Shown here piece after piece: positions 1-9,593 of a DNA stretch of 64,000 nt (position 1 is the first letter of the stretch; the number at the start of each line of letters is the position of its first letter). A program made the position numbers and the translations under genes. This stretch comes from Gemmatimonadota bacterium (GTDB lineage: Bacteria > Gemmatimonadota > Gemmatimonadetes > Gemmatimonadales > GWC2-71-9): the NCBI GenBank assembly GCA_036679605.1, contig JAZDCZ010000291.1, positions 26,168 to 90,167 on the forward strand, written 5' to 3'. The notes below the pieces were generated by a model, which saw nothing but the letters and a program-made list of their open reading frames with translations, did not search any database and was not told the origin of the DNA.

Positions 1-849
1 GTTAGTTCGATCGTTGTCGAACCCGTATGCGGTCCCGCCGGCATTGAGTTCAGCTGCCCGTGTCGTGCCTCCCAACACGTAGGGCGTGAAGTACGTCGGG
101 TTCTTGCTGTGCACGCCCTCGAGCGACACTCGCTGCGCCTGAGACGGTTTAGCGAAGGCAAGTTCCCAGTTGGGTGGAATGGCCGGGAACATGTGCCGTT
201 CGGCCTTACGTGCGATGAGCCGGTAAACGATGATCCCCATCTCTACATGACCGTCCTCGTCCTGGAAACCCAGGCTCGAAAGTGGAATTCTCATCTCCGC
301 GAACCAGCCATCCTCGTTCTGTTGCGTCTTCACATCCCAAAAGGTGTTCCAATTGGTATTTGCAAAATTGCGTCCTGTGAACTCCGCGTCGTTCGAGACC
401 GAGCGGTCCGTCTGCACACCCGCGGGGGTGGTAGAAAACCAAAGGGCTGTCTCGTGATCGTTGAACGAGTCGATCACGATCGATAGGAGATCGTCACCGC
501 TGTAACGGTCGCGATAGAGTGTGTTGGCACGCACTCCATCCGGATCGGAGTCGTACAAACGTCCCGCGACCCAGAGGTAGTTGTCATCGTAGCCGATCAG
601 GATCTCTGTCGTTTCTGTGGCGGTGCCGCCAAATGTGGGCTGGAATACCGTCATCGGCAACGGCTCGACGGCCTGCCACGCCGCGTCGTCGATGATCCCG
701 TCCAATTCGACCGGTCCGGAAAGTCTGGTCAGTGGCATCACGGTCTCACCGTTCGTTTGCGCCCGAGCAATCGCAGGGGCAAGCCACGTCAAGACGGTGG
801 TCAGCAATACGAGGGAATAGGGCGGTGGGGAGTTTCTTATCACACTCAT
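1..849 (-). CDS. Secreted CBM9-like/DUF5916-type protein, partial (runs off the left end)
   Basis: Manually translated from ATG 849: signal-like N-terminus, then GPVELDGIIDDAAW...ILIGYDDNYLWVAGRLYDSDP...DDLLSIVIDSFND...GWFAEMRIPLSSL. Absent from the ORF track because its stop lies outside the window. Confidence 0.7.
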   Translation of the reverse strand, partial: MSVIRNSPPPYSLVLLTTVLTWLAPAIARAQTNGETVMPLTRLSGPVELDGIIDDAAWQAVEPLPMTVFQPTFGGTATETTEILIGYDDNYLWVAGRLYDSDPDGVRANTLYRDRYSGDDLLSIVIDSFNDHETALWFSTTPAGVQTDRSVSNDAEFTGRNFANTNWNTFWDVKTQQNEDGWFAEMRIPLSSLGFQDEDGHVEMGIIVYRLIARKAERHMFPAIPPNWELAFAKPSQAQRVSLEGVHSKNPTYFTPYVLGGTTRAAELNAGGTAYGFDNDRTN

Positions 850-1020
850 TCCATGCTGATTGTCTTTGGGCTACAGGCAGCGTCAGGCGCTCTCGGTCAG
901 GATAAGAATAACCCGTACGCATGTTCAAAGTATTAAGCTGGGGCCTTGCATCCTTCCGAACACGGTTGCAAGCTCAAATGTTTCGTAATCTTGGCCAATC
1001 AATTTGGTGCGGAGGACAGA

Positions 1021-2382
1021 ATGAAGCGCTCGATGATGCTGCTGGCAATACTGGTGGGTTCCCCGGTCGTGGCTCGAGCGCAGTCGGGTCCGCCGCCGGG
1101 TCGGATGCGGTTCGCGTTGGTCGGTGATGCGATCTTGAGCCGGCGGCTCTCACCTTATGAGGAGCCCGGGTACCTGGCGATGATCGAGATCGTTCGCGGC
1201 GCCGATGCCGCGTTCGCTAATCTCGAGGTGCTGTTTCGCGATCGCGGGGATGGTTATCCAGCTACGCACAGCGGAGGGACATGGATGTCCGCCGAGCCTG
1301 CGCTGGCCGGTGAGCTGGTATGGGCCGGGTTCGATCTGGTCAGCCGTGCAAACAATCACACGATGGACTACGGCGTAGGAGGCCTACGTGCGACGACTCG
1401 GGCGCTGGATGCGGTGGGTCTGGTGCACGCTGGTGCAGGCGACAATCTTGCCCGTGCCCGCGCTCCGGCGTACCTGGAGACCGCGTTAGGGCGTGTGGCG
1501 CTGATCTCGGTCGCGTCGACTTTCTCTGACGAAGATCGGGCGGGTCCCCAGCGTGCGGACCTAAGAGGAAGGCCGGGCTTGAGTCCGTTGCGCTACGACG
1601 CGACTTACGTATTGACTTCGGAATCTCTCTCCAAGCTTCGTGAGGTCGCAGCGGAGGTGGGAATCCGCACGGGCACCGGTGACCGCATGCGCTTCCTGGG
1701 GCGACAATTCGAGGTCGGCGATCGACCCGGAGTGCGCACTGCACCGAACGAGCACGATCTCGCACAGATAGTAGCTGCCGTGGGAGAGGCCAAACGCCAA
1801 GCCGACTGGGTGATCGTAACGAGTCACACTCACGAGAGTGCGGGAAGTCGCGAAGTTCCAGCTGAGTTTCTTGTGACGTTCGCGCACGCCGTGGTGGACG
1901 CAGGTGCAGACATGTTCGTCGGGCACGGTCCCCACGTGCTACGCGGCGTCGAGATCTACGAGGGTAAGCCGATCTTCTACAGCCTGGCGAACTTCATATT
2001 CGAGAACGAAACGATCCGGTTTCTCCCTGGAGACATTTACGAGCAGTACGACTTGCCTGCGGACGCAAACCCGGCCGACCTGTTCGACCGCCGCACGGAG
2101 AGTAGCCGGACCGGCGGTTTCCCCGGTCAGCGGATGTTCTGGGAAAGTGTGATTGCCGTGCCAACGTTCGAAGACGGTGAACTAGTTGAGTTGAAGTTCC
2201 ATCCTATCACGTTGGGGTTCGGCAAGCCGAGGCCGCAGCGTGGTCGGCCCGTTCTGGCGGGTCCCGAAGACGGGAGACGGATTATCGAACAGCTAGCCGA
2301 GTTGTCTCGACCGTTCGGTGTATCGATCCGGTATGTGAGCGAGGAGAACGTTGGGGTCATGGCAGGAAAGGCCTCGCGCTAG
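1021..2382 (+). CDS. CapA/PGA_cap family metallophosphatase-like protein
   Basis: Motifs LVGD, FANLE, SRANNHTMDYG, HTHE, GHGPHV, YSLANF. GGAGGA RBS before ATG 1021; signal peptide. Confidence 0.85.
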   Translation: MKRSMMLLAILVGSPVVARAQSGPPPGRMRFALVGDAILSRRLSPYEEPGYLAMIEIVRGADAAFANLEVLFRDRGDGYPATHSGGTWMSAEPALAGELVWAGFDLVSRANNHTMDYGVGGLRATTRALDAVGLVHAGAGDNLARARAPAYLETALGRVALISVASTFSDEDRAGPQRADLRGRPGLSPLRYDATYVLTSESLSKLREVAAEVGIRTGTGDRMRFLGRQFEVGDRPGVRTAPNEHDLAQIVAAVGEAKRQADWVIVTSHTHESAGSREVPAEFLVTFAHAVVDAGADMFVGHGPHVLRGVEIYEGKPIFYSLANFIFENETIRFLPGDIYEQYDLPADANPADLFDRRTESSRTGGFPGQRMFWESVIAVPTFEDGELVELKFHPITLGFGKPRPQRGRPVLAGPEDGRRIIEQLAELSRPFGVSIRYVSEENVGVMAGKASR

Positions 2383-2437
2383 TGAGCTACACGGGTTGCG
2401 TGCCGGCTTACCTGTAGCGATCTTTTTTCGCCTTCTA

Positions 2438-2511
2438 GCCCCGCTAGCTCAACTGGCTAGAGCAACTGACTCTTAATCAGTAGGTTCGGGGTTCGAGTCC
2501 CTGGCGGGGTA
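2438..2511 (+). tRNA. tRNA-Lys (CTT)
   Basis: Acceptor stem GCCCCGC/GCGGGGT, D-arm AGCTCAACTGGCTAGAGC, anticodon arm ACTGA-CTCTTAA-TCAGT, T-loop GTTCGAGTCC. CCA is not encoded. Confidence 0.95.
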
Positions 2512-2560
2512 CTGTCATCCCAATGTGCTTGTGCTCCTTGCTTTGCCAGAGGGGGACGTA

Positions 2561-2720
2561 TCGGGGTTCACGAACGGCCGCTTGTGGGCGGCCGTTTGTG
2601 CGCTCGCTTCGGCTCAATCGCTTTCGCGATTTTCCCTCAGCTCCGCGTCAAGTCCCTGGCGGGGTACTGTCATCGCAACATGTTTGAGCTCCTTGCCTTG
2701 TCGGAAGGAGACGTATCGGC
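2561..2720 (+). repeat. Duplicated tRNA-Lys 3' end plus trailer, interrupted in the T-loop by an 80-bp hairpin insert
   Basis: TCGGGGTTC (2561-2569), insert 2570-2649, then AAGTCCCTGGCGGGGTACTGTCATC, which matches 2496-2519. Weaker similarity continues through the trailer. Confidence 0.8.
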
Positions 2721-2843
2721 GTTGATCTGCGCGAGGGCTTTGCCCGTACTCGATCCGCTCTTCCCACCCCAACACCTTACCCCTCGCGTCGAGTCTCTGG
2801 CGACCGCCCTCGCCGACGGCTCCAGTTGCGGTAGCATCCCGTC

Positions 2844-3581
2844 CTATACGGGCGTTACGACGCCGTTCTCGCCTGGTGATTTGAGGCGGTTGATGGGTCG
2901 TTGTTGCGCCATCACGCGTTCGGCGAAGTCGAGCCGTTCGGCAAGTTCCGCCAGCTGACCGGCGTTCTCGGCAAACTGCTGCGCTTGCCGATCGCGCATC
3001 TCCGCAAATCGCATTTCAATCAACTCTTCGGCGTCCGCAAAGCGCGACGCCACGGCTGCGAGCCGGTTCACGTCTTCCGCCTGGAGGCGCGGAGCACGCG
3101 AACGCTGCGGCAGGAGACCGAACGCCACAAGGGCGCGTCGAGGGAGCTTGGCCACGAACTCGAGGGCCGTGATAGCGTAATGGAACGGATTGACCGTTCG
3201 AGCCAGGGCTGTGAAGCGGGTGGCCTCGTATACGCCCAATGCCATGTCGATGATATCGAGGATTTCCTGGTCCGCGCCGTCGGCATACCGGGAGTGGAAG
3301 ATGTTCCGGAGGACCGCGACATCCATCCGCACGGTCGGGCCGGGATCGGTGACGTTGGCAGTCGCTGCATCCAGTCCGGCGGCGTGCACGACCTGGATTA
3401 CGCGCGGCAGCATCCGGTTGATCTCTGAACGGGCACTTTGCGCTCCATCCCAGTCCACCAGCAGGTCGTCCGCAACGTAGCCGGCACGCTCGAAATAGGT
3501 CTCCACCAGCTCGCGGAAGCGGCGGAGATCTCGCGATCGTTGGCGGTTTCTGAAGATCGTAAGCTTGTTGCAGGGTATCAT
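2844..3581 (-). CDS. Hypothetical protein with coiled-coil-like C-terminus
   Basis: 245-aa ORF with natural composition; no recognised family motif. Confidence 0.6.
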   Translation of the reverse strand: MIPCNKLTIFRNRQRSRDLRRFRELVETYFERAGYVADDLLVDWDGAQSARSEINRMLPRVIQVVHAAGLDAATANVTDPGPTVRMDVAVLRNIFHSRYADGADQEILDIIDMALGVYEATRFTALARTVNPFHYAITALEFVAKLPRRALVAFGLLPQRSRAPRLQAEDVNRLAAVASRFADAEELIEMRFAEMRDRQAQQFAENAGQLAELAERLDFAERVMAQQRPINRLKSPGENGVVTPV

Positions 3582-3738
3582 GGTGTCCTGGACGAGAAAG
3601 AGTGTTCGTGGGTTTCAACAGCGGCTACTCGCCGCAGCCCCCACGGCTCGTATGTCCCTATGCCGGCCGGTGTTCGACCCTGCACTGGTGTACAGCTCTA
3701 TGCGCTCAATTACCTCAAGCGTAATATACCGCAACAAG

Positions 3739-3864
3739 TTTCTCTTCAACAACTTCTAGTTTTTGACGGGCGCCTTATGGCGTGGCCATTCGTGGGGCCC
3801 CAAATGGGACCCCAAATCCCTCGCACCTCGCACTTTCTGGCCGGGCCTTGCATCTTCTAGCCCC
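3739..3864 (+). repeat. ~125-bp upstream module, copy 1 (copy 2 at 9209-9339), with a 12-bp tandem repeat and the kinase-head promoter
   Basis: Shared TTTCTCTTCAACAACTTCT, TGGG(G/A)CCCCAAA x2, CACCTCGCACTT and CTTCTAG..ATGAC. Confidence 0.8.
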
Positions 3865-4509
3865 ATGACCGAAATCACGTCCAAGCTTCCAGTGCCCTCG
3901 CCGACCGCTACCGTATCGAGCCACTTGGGCGAAGGTGGCATGGCGACGGTTGACCTGGTGCACGGTGTGAAGCACGACCGCTATTCACGATGGGACTCAT
4001 GTCGCCGAGTTGCTGGAGTCACCGTGGCGCTGACCGTTATGATGGCCTGTGCCACCTCGACACCTCCTTCCCTCACGCCGCTGGCCACACTTGAACACAC
4101 AGAGGCATGGATTACCGAGTGGCTGCCGCGGCTGGCATCCGGTCGCATCCTCCGAGGAGAGATTGTCACGATACTGACCGTGACTGATGTAAGCGTTAAA
4201 GAGTGCGAGGTTCGCTTCCGCATGATCTGGGATGCCGAGTTAGTAGTGGGGCCAGACGCCGGGCCCATCGGCCCGGGAACTATCCGAGAGGAGAGCTTCT
4301 CATGGGCCGAGGTCAGTACGATCAGCATCACACAGTCGGAGGCGTCCGATGGCTTGGTCGGGATCAGTTTTGCCCTGCCGGGTGAAAAGACGGTCGACAT
4401 CATTGCGTTCTCATTCGCCGACGCGCTCGCGAACGCCTTTCGCCACTCACGGGACATGTGCCGAGCGCCGGTCTCTTCCGAGGATCTGAAGGCGAAGGTG
4501 GGGAATTGA
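3865..4509 (+). CDS. Chimeric ORF: decayed kinase head + lipoprotein-like cargo + kinase C-terminal tail
   Basis: Starts MTEITSKL...HLGEGGMATVDLVHGVKHDR, then VAGVTVALTVMMAC (lipobox-like) and an unrelated domain, and ends SEDLKAKVGN*. Confidence 0.65.
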   Translation: MTEITSKLPVPSPTATVSSHLGEGGMATVDLVHGVKHDRYSRWDSCRRVAGVTVALTVMMACATSTPPSLTPLATLEHTEAWITEWLPRLASGRILRGEIVTILTVTDVSVKECEVRFRMIWDAELVVGPDAGPIGPGTIREESFSWAEVSTISITQSEASDGLVGISFALPGEKTVDIIAFSFADALANAFRHSRDMCRAPVSSEDLKAKVGN

Positions 4510-7160
4510 CCGAGATCACGTCCAAGCTCTCGAACGCCCTCGCGGACCGCTACAAAATCGAACGCCACTTGGGTGAAGGCGGCATGGCGACTGTCTACCT
4601 CGCGGAGGACTTGAAACACGAGCGTAAGGTTGCGCTCAAGGTATTGAAGCCCGAACTGGCTGCCGTTCTAGGTGCCGAGCGCTTCGTGCAGGAGATCAAG
4701 ACCACCGCCAATCTCCAACACCCGCACATTTTGCCGCTGTTTGACAGTGGGACGGCGGGAAGGCGGGAAGGCGGGACGGAGTTCCTCTACTATGTGATGC
4801 CGTTTATCGACGGCGAGACGCTGCGCGACAAACTCAACCGCGAAACACAACTCGGTATCGAGGAAGCGGTCCGCATCACCTGTGATGTCGCCGACGCGCT
4901 GGACTATGCGCACCAGCAAGGGGTGATCCACCGCGACATCAAGCCGGAGAACGTCCTGCTTCACAATGGCCGTCCGATGGTAACGGACTTTGGGATCGCC
5001 TTAGCGGTGAGCGCTGCGGCCGGCGGACGGATGACCGAAACCGGACTCTCGCTCGGCACGCCGCACTACATGAGCCCCGAGCAAGCAACCGCCGAGAAAG
5101 ACCTCACTGCGCGGTCGGACATTTACTCCCTCGGCAGTGTGCTCTATGAGATGCTGACTGGAAGCCCACCGCACGTCGGTTCGTCAGCGCAACAGATCAT
5201 CATGAAGATCGTCGCGGAGGATGTGCAGCCCGTCACAGAGTTGCGGAAGTCGGTGCCGCCCCATGTAGCCGCCGCCACGACCAAATCGTTGGAGAACTTA
5301 GCGGCGGATCGGTTCGAGAGTGCGGCGAAGTTCGCGGAGGCGTTGACCAACTCCGCCTTTGTGTTCAACAGTGTCACCAGGATGCAGGCGACGCGTCCGT
5401 CCTCGGCGGGAACACAGAACCGCACCGCCGTCGCGTTTGCTGCATTATCAGGCGTACTTGCGCTCCTGCTTGGGCTGACGGTGCTGGGACAACCCAATGC
5501 GAACGTTTCCGACGTTGGCGTTGCCCGGTTCCCGCTGGTCGGCAATCCGAATTTCCGAATCAACACTGGCAGCACACAACCGTTCGCCATCTCGAGCGAC
5601 GGTGGGACGATCATATTCGCGGCGGATACCGGCAACGGCATGCATCTGTGGGTCAGAACGCTCGCCGATCCAACGCCTCGGATGCTCGAAGGGACGGACC
5701 GGGCGACCCAGCCGGCAATTTCGCCCGACGGCGAGTGGATCGCGTTTGTCGTCGACAATCACATCATTCGCAAGGCACGGCTCGACGGCGGCGGTGTGGA
5801 AGAGGTCGCATCGATTGACAATATCTCGGCGTCGGTCAGTTGGGCGTCGTCTGATGAGATTCTTTTCGAGTTGATCGGCATCCCCGACGGTATTCATCGC
5901 GTAAGCGCGTTCGGCGGCCGCCCTGAACTGTTGATCCCATTGGATACCACGATAAGTGAGGTTCGCCACCGACGCCCCTTTGTCCTTCACCACGAGCGTC
6001 GCGTGCTCTACGCAAGTATGTTGGCCGACGGCTCGTGGAGTCTCGCGATTTTTTCTCTCGACGACGGCCGACGCACACGTCTCGGGATCGACGGGATTCA
6101 AGCGCTCGGGGTGCTCGATGGCCATCTCGTGTATTCGCGCGACGACGGGGCGCTGATGGCCGTTCCGTTCGACGTTCGGGGCATGCGAACGCGTGGAGAT
6201 CCCCGACAATTGCGCGATCGCGTTTTGAGCAGCCCCACAGGTACGGCCGTGATTCTGTCCACCAATGGCAACCTCGTGTATCGCGCCCCGGTGGCCCAGC
6301 CCATGCGACTCTTCTTGGTCGATAGCGCAGGATCCCTGACGCAACTCGGCACGTGGGTTCGCCCATTCGACACGCCCCGTTTCTCCCCAGATGACCGTTA
6401 TGCCGCCGTGACGATTGCCGACGAAGGCGACACGCAAGACCTCTGGATCGTGGATCGCGCAACTGGGGAGGCCACGCAGCTCACGCGGGGGGCACAGGCG
6501 CACCTACAAGATTGGACGCCGGACGGCTCGAGCCTCATATACTCCGAGGGCCGGGTACTCTGGACCATTCGCATCGATGGCAGCGGCGGACCGCGCCGAA
6601 TAACAGCAGTAGAAGGCACCATCAGGGGGGCCTCGATCATGCCCGACGGCGCCTCGATCATCGTATCCCACTCGGACATCGGGACGCTCACCGAAGAACT
6701 CGTTCGGGCGTCGCTACTGGACAGCTCCGTTACGCCCATCGGTTCGGCGGGTCGCCTGCGACCCTTCTTTCCACGAGTTTCACCCGACGGGCGCTGGGTC
6801 GCATACCATGGTCGCAACGACCGGGAAGTACACATCAGTTCGATCGATAGTGCTGGACGAGTACAAGTGTCCGATGCGGGCGGGTACGCACCGATCGTGT
6901 GGGGACCTAACAGTGACCGGGTGTACTACCACACCTCTGCTGGGATCACGGTCGCCGAGATACGTACCAACCCTCGACTCGCAGTCGTCAGGCGTCGTGA
7001 GCTGCATGGATTTCCATTCTTCAGCACGGTGCACGACGTGACTGACGATGGCAGGACGTTCTTGGTGGTGGCACCCGTGGGTGGGGGAAACGAGGACATC
7101 CTCGTCGCACTCAACTGGGGATCGGAGGTCCTGGCGATGCTGCGTAACCAGAACGATTGA
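4506..7160 (+). CDS. Ser/Thr protein kinase K1 (kinase-TM-TolB/PD40 propeller)
   Basis: TTG start overlaps the upstream TGA. Motifs GEGGMATVY, VALK, HRDIKPEN, DFG, GTPHYMSPEQ; TM segment; SPDG repeats. Confidence 0.9.
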   Translation: MTEITSKLSNALADRYKIERHLGEGGMATVYLAEDLKHERKVALKVLKPELAAVLGAERFVQEIKTTANLQHPHILPLFDSGTAGRREGGTEFLYYVMPFIDGETLRDKLNRETQLGIEEAVRITCDVADALDYAHQQGVIHRDIKPENVLLHNGRPMVTDFGIALAVSAAAGGRMTETGLSLGTPHYMSPEQATAEKDLTARSDIYSLGSVLYEMLTGSPPHVGSSAQQIIMKIVAEDVQPVTELRKSVPPHVAAATTKSLENLAADRFESAAKFAEALTNSAFVFNSVTRMQATRPSSAGTQNRTAVAFAALSGVLALLLGLTVLGQPNANVSDVGVARFPLVGNPNFRINTGSTQPFAISSDGGTIIFAADTGNGMHLWVRTLADPTPRMLEGTDRATQPAISPDGEWIAFVVDNHIIRKARLDGGGVEEVASIDNISASVSWASSDEILFELIGIPDGIHRVSAFGGRPELLIPLDTTISEVRHRRPFVLHHERRVLYASMLADGSWSLAIFSLDDGRRTRLGIDGIQALGVLDGHLVYSRDDGALMAVPFDVRGMRTRGDPRQLRDRVLSSPTGTAVILSTNGNLVYRAPVAQPMRLFLVDSAGSLTQLGTWVRPFDTPRFSPDDRYAAVTIADEGDTQDLWIVDRATGEATQLTRGAQAHLQDWTPDGSSLIYSEGRVLWTIRIDGSGGPRRITAVEGTIRGASIMPDGASIIVSHSDIGTLTEELVRASLLDSSVTPIGSAGRLRPFFPRVSPDGRWVAYHGRNDREVHISSIDSAGRVQVSDAGGYAPIVWGPNSDRVYYHTSAGITVAEIRTNPRLAVVRRRELHGFPFFSTVHDVTDDGRTFLVVAPVGGGNEDILVALNWGSEVLAMLRNQND

Positions 7161-7306
7161 CGCTGTCAAGATCCGTGATCTAACGGGAACTTGGGCACAT
7201 TCTTGGGCACATCGACCCGGCAAACACACGCAACTAGACGTAGGCCCCGCGCACAGGGCTTGCTCGAATCCTCGCCAAACCCCGCATCGCACCCCATCTT
7301 AGCCCC

Positions 7307-7441
7307 ATGACCGAGATCACCTCCCGGCTCTCGACCGCCCTCTCCGACCGCTACCAGATCGAGCGCCGTCTCGGCGAAGGCGGAATGGTGACCGCCAATC
7401 CGATTTGGGCTGCGGGGCACCGGTGGGTCGACCGGGAGTAG
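7307..7441 (+). pseudogene. Orphan kinase head (leader ORF)
   Basis: MTEITSRLSTALSDRYQIERRLGEGGMVTA..., TAG at 7439-7441. Preceded by TCGCCA-N17-CATCTT. Confidence 0.85.
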
Positions 7442-7443
7442 CT

Positions 7444-9009
7444 GTGAACATGCCATTGACCATTGCTTCCGCGATTGTCTTGACCGCCGTTCTGGTCAGC
7501 GGGTGCGGACGAGGAAACAACAACGCCGGCGACGGCGGGTCCACGATCACCGTTCTCTACGAAGGCGACGACTTCCTTCTTGGTCCCGCGGGAGATGACA
7601 GCCCAAAGTTCCTCGTGTTCCTTCCGCTGGTGCGAGGCTATGGGTCCGAGGCCCAGCCAAGCCTCGCCGAGCGCTGGGAGCACTCTCTCGACTACACGAC
7701 CTGGACCTATCACCTGCGCCGTGACATCCGCTGGCACGACGGCGCGCCGGTTACTGCGCACGACATCGCGTTCTGCATCCGACTCTTCGCTCACCCCGAT
7801 GTCCTCTTTGCTCAGGGCCAGATTGTCGGGGCTGACGCCACGGCCCTGGACGACTACACGCTCCAGATCACGTGGCAGAACCCCACGGGTCCGGCGGGTG
7901 CACTGTCCGGCTGGACGGTCTATTATCCAAAGCACCTCTTGGAAGGACTTGACCCACAGGATTTCTACACCTTGGATTTCTGGACCAGCCCAATTGGCAA
8001 CGGACCGTATCGGTACGTTCGGCACGTCCCGCAGACGATGATCGAGTTGGAGGCGAATCCCGATTACTACGCAGGACCGCCGGCGATCGAGCGCGTCGTG
8101 CTCAAGCTGAGCACGGCGAACAAGGTCATCGAACTCACGAGCGGGAACGCAGACGTTGCGTACTATGTCCGTCCCGTTGACATCCTCAAGCTCCGCGCCG
8201 AGCCCGAGTTCCGAGTCTATCATCTGTTCGCGTTTAGTGAACCCCAGGCGATTCACTGGAACCAGCGACACCCGTTGCTTGCCGACTCGCGCGTTCGTCA
8301 GGCCCTCTCTCATGCGATCGATCGGCGGGAGCTCTCACGCGTGAACAATCTTCCGGACGAGATGCCTTTGGTGGGTGGCTTGTCACCAGAGGATCGCAGC
8401 GATCGACTCTACCGAGAGGGCAAGCTCGACGCGGGTCCTTCGTACGATCCAACCGCTGCGAGGCAACTCCTCGATGAGGCGGGCTGGGTCGATCGCAACG
8501 GCGACGGCGTACGCGAGCGAAACGGAGTCGCGGCCCGGTTCACGATGATCGTTCAGCAGGGCCGCCTCAGCGCTGTGGAATCGGCGGTGTTCATCCAAGA
8601 CCAGCTCCGGAGGGTGGGTGTCCGGATGGAGATCCGGCCGGTGGACCGGAGCGTATGGCACAACGTCTATCGCGCGGCCGATTTTGACGCCACGATCGGG
8701 GACGTCCCCAACGTGCCCCAATGGCTCCTTGATCGCGACTTCTTCGGTGAAGGAACCAGGATCGGATACCGCAATCCCGAGATCGTGCGGTTACTGGAGA
8801 CACTGACCACCGAGTTCGATCCTACCGTTCAGGACACCCTCTACGCTCAGATCAACGAGATGCTCCGCCGCGACATGCCCGTCACGTTTCTGTTCCCGTA
8901 TGTCGAGTCCATTGTGGCACACCGCAGGATCCAAGGAATTCGCACGCCAGAAAGGGCGAACCTCCTGTCGTACATTGCGGACTTGTGGATCGAAGAGGAC
9001 CGCCGCTAG
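7444..9009 (+). CDS. ABC transporter substrate-binding lipoprotein, family 5 (peptide/nickel)
   Basis: Lipobox LVSGC; LAERWEHS..YTTWTYHLR..RWHDGAPVTAHD; PIGNGPY; VRQALSHAIDR. Start is GTG 7444 or ATG 7450. Confidence 0.88.
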   Translation: MNMPLTIASAIVLTAVLVSGCGRGNNNAGDGGSTITVLYEGDDFLLGPAGDDSPKFLVFLPLVRGYGSEAQPSLAERWEHSLDYTTWTYHLRRDIRWHDGAPVTAHDIAFCIRLFAHPDVLFAQGQIVGADATALDDYTLQITWQNPTGPAGALSGWTVYYPKHLLEGLDPQDFYTLDFWTSPIGNGPYRYVRHVPQTMIELEANPDYYAGPPAIERVVLKLSTANKVIELTSGNADVAYYVRPVDILKLRAEPEFRVYHLFAFSEPQAIHWNQRHPLLADSRVRQALSHAIDRRELSRVNNLPDEMPLVGGLSPEDRSDRLYREGKLDAGPSYDPTAARQLLDEAGWVDRNGDGVRERNGVAARFTMIVQQGRLSAVESAVFIQDQLRRVGVRMEIRPVDRSVWHNVYRAADFDATIGDVPNVPQWLLDRDFFGEGTRIGYRNPEIVRLLETLTTEFDPTVQDTLYAQINEMLRRDMPVTFLFPYVESIVAHRRIQGIRTPERANLLSYIADLWIEEDRR

Positions 9010-9075
9010 TGGACAGCCCCACCTCGAGCCGCCTTAGCACAACTCAAGGACTCTCACCGAAACCGGCGTCCATAA

Positions 9076-9195
9076 ACTCTTAATCAGTAGGTTCGGGGTT
9101 CACACGCTTCCGCGTCCGCGCAAGCGTGTGCGCTCGCTTCGGGTCGGCCGCATCCGCGGCCTCGCTCAGTTCCGCGTCGAGTCCCTGGCGGGGTA
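9076..9195 (+). pseudogene. tRNA-Lys 3'-half copy interrupted in the T-loop by a 77-bp insert
   Basis: ACTCTTAATCAGTAGGTTCGGGGTTC (9076-9101) + insert 9102-9178 + GAGTCCCTGGCGGGGTA. Both flanks are identical to the tRNA at 2438-2511. Confidence 0.88.
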
Positions 9196-9593
9196 TTCCG
9201 GTAAACACTTTCTCTTCAACAACTTCTCGTTTTCGACTGTCGCACTTCGGAGCAGCCGTTTGCCGTTTGAGACCCCAAGTGGGACCCCAAACTCCGCACA
9301 CCTCGCACTTCCTCGCCGAAACTCACACCTTCTAGAGCGATGACGGACATGGTGAGACATAGCTGATACTCCCGTGTTATCGTGGCCCTTTCAACGGCCG
9401 CCACTCTTGCGAGCATGTGTACCGCGCTTCATAGTCAATCCTAATATTGGAGACATCTACGCCGGTGGTCCTGGGACCCCGCCGCCGTACTGACGCCGTG
9501 TAGGACGCCCCGTAGGACGCCCCGCTAGACGCCCGCCCGACGACGCGACCCCTCCCAGCCACCGGTGATCATCACGCCTGGAGGGTGGGAACT

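Noticed and set aside
9009..9050. Possible extra head after the SBP (VDSPTSSRLSTTQ)
   Set aside because: Only SRLST matches and nucleotide similarity is too weak to call.
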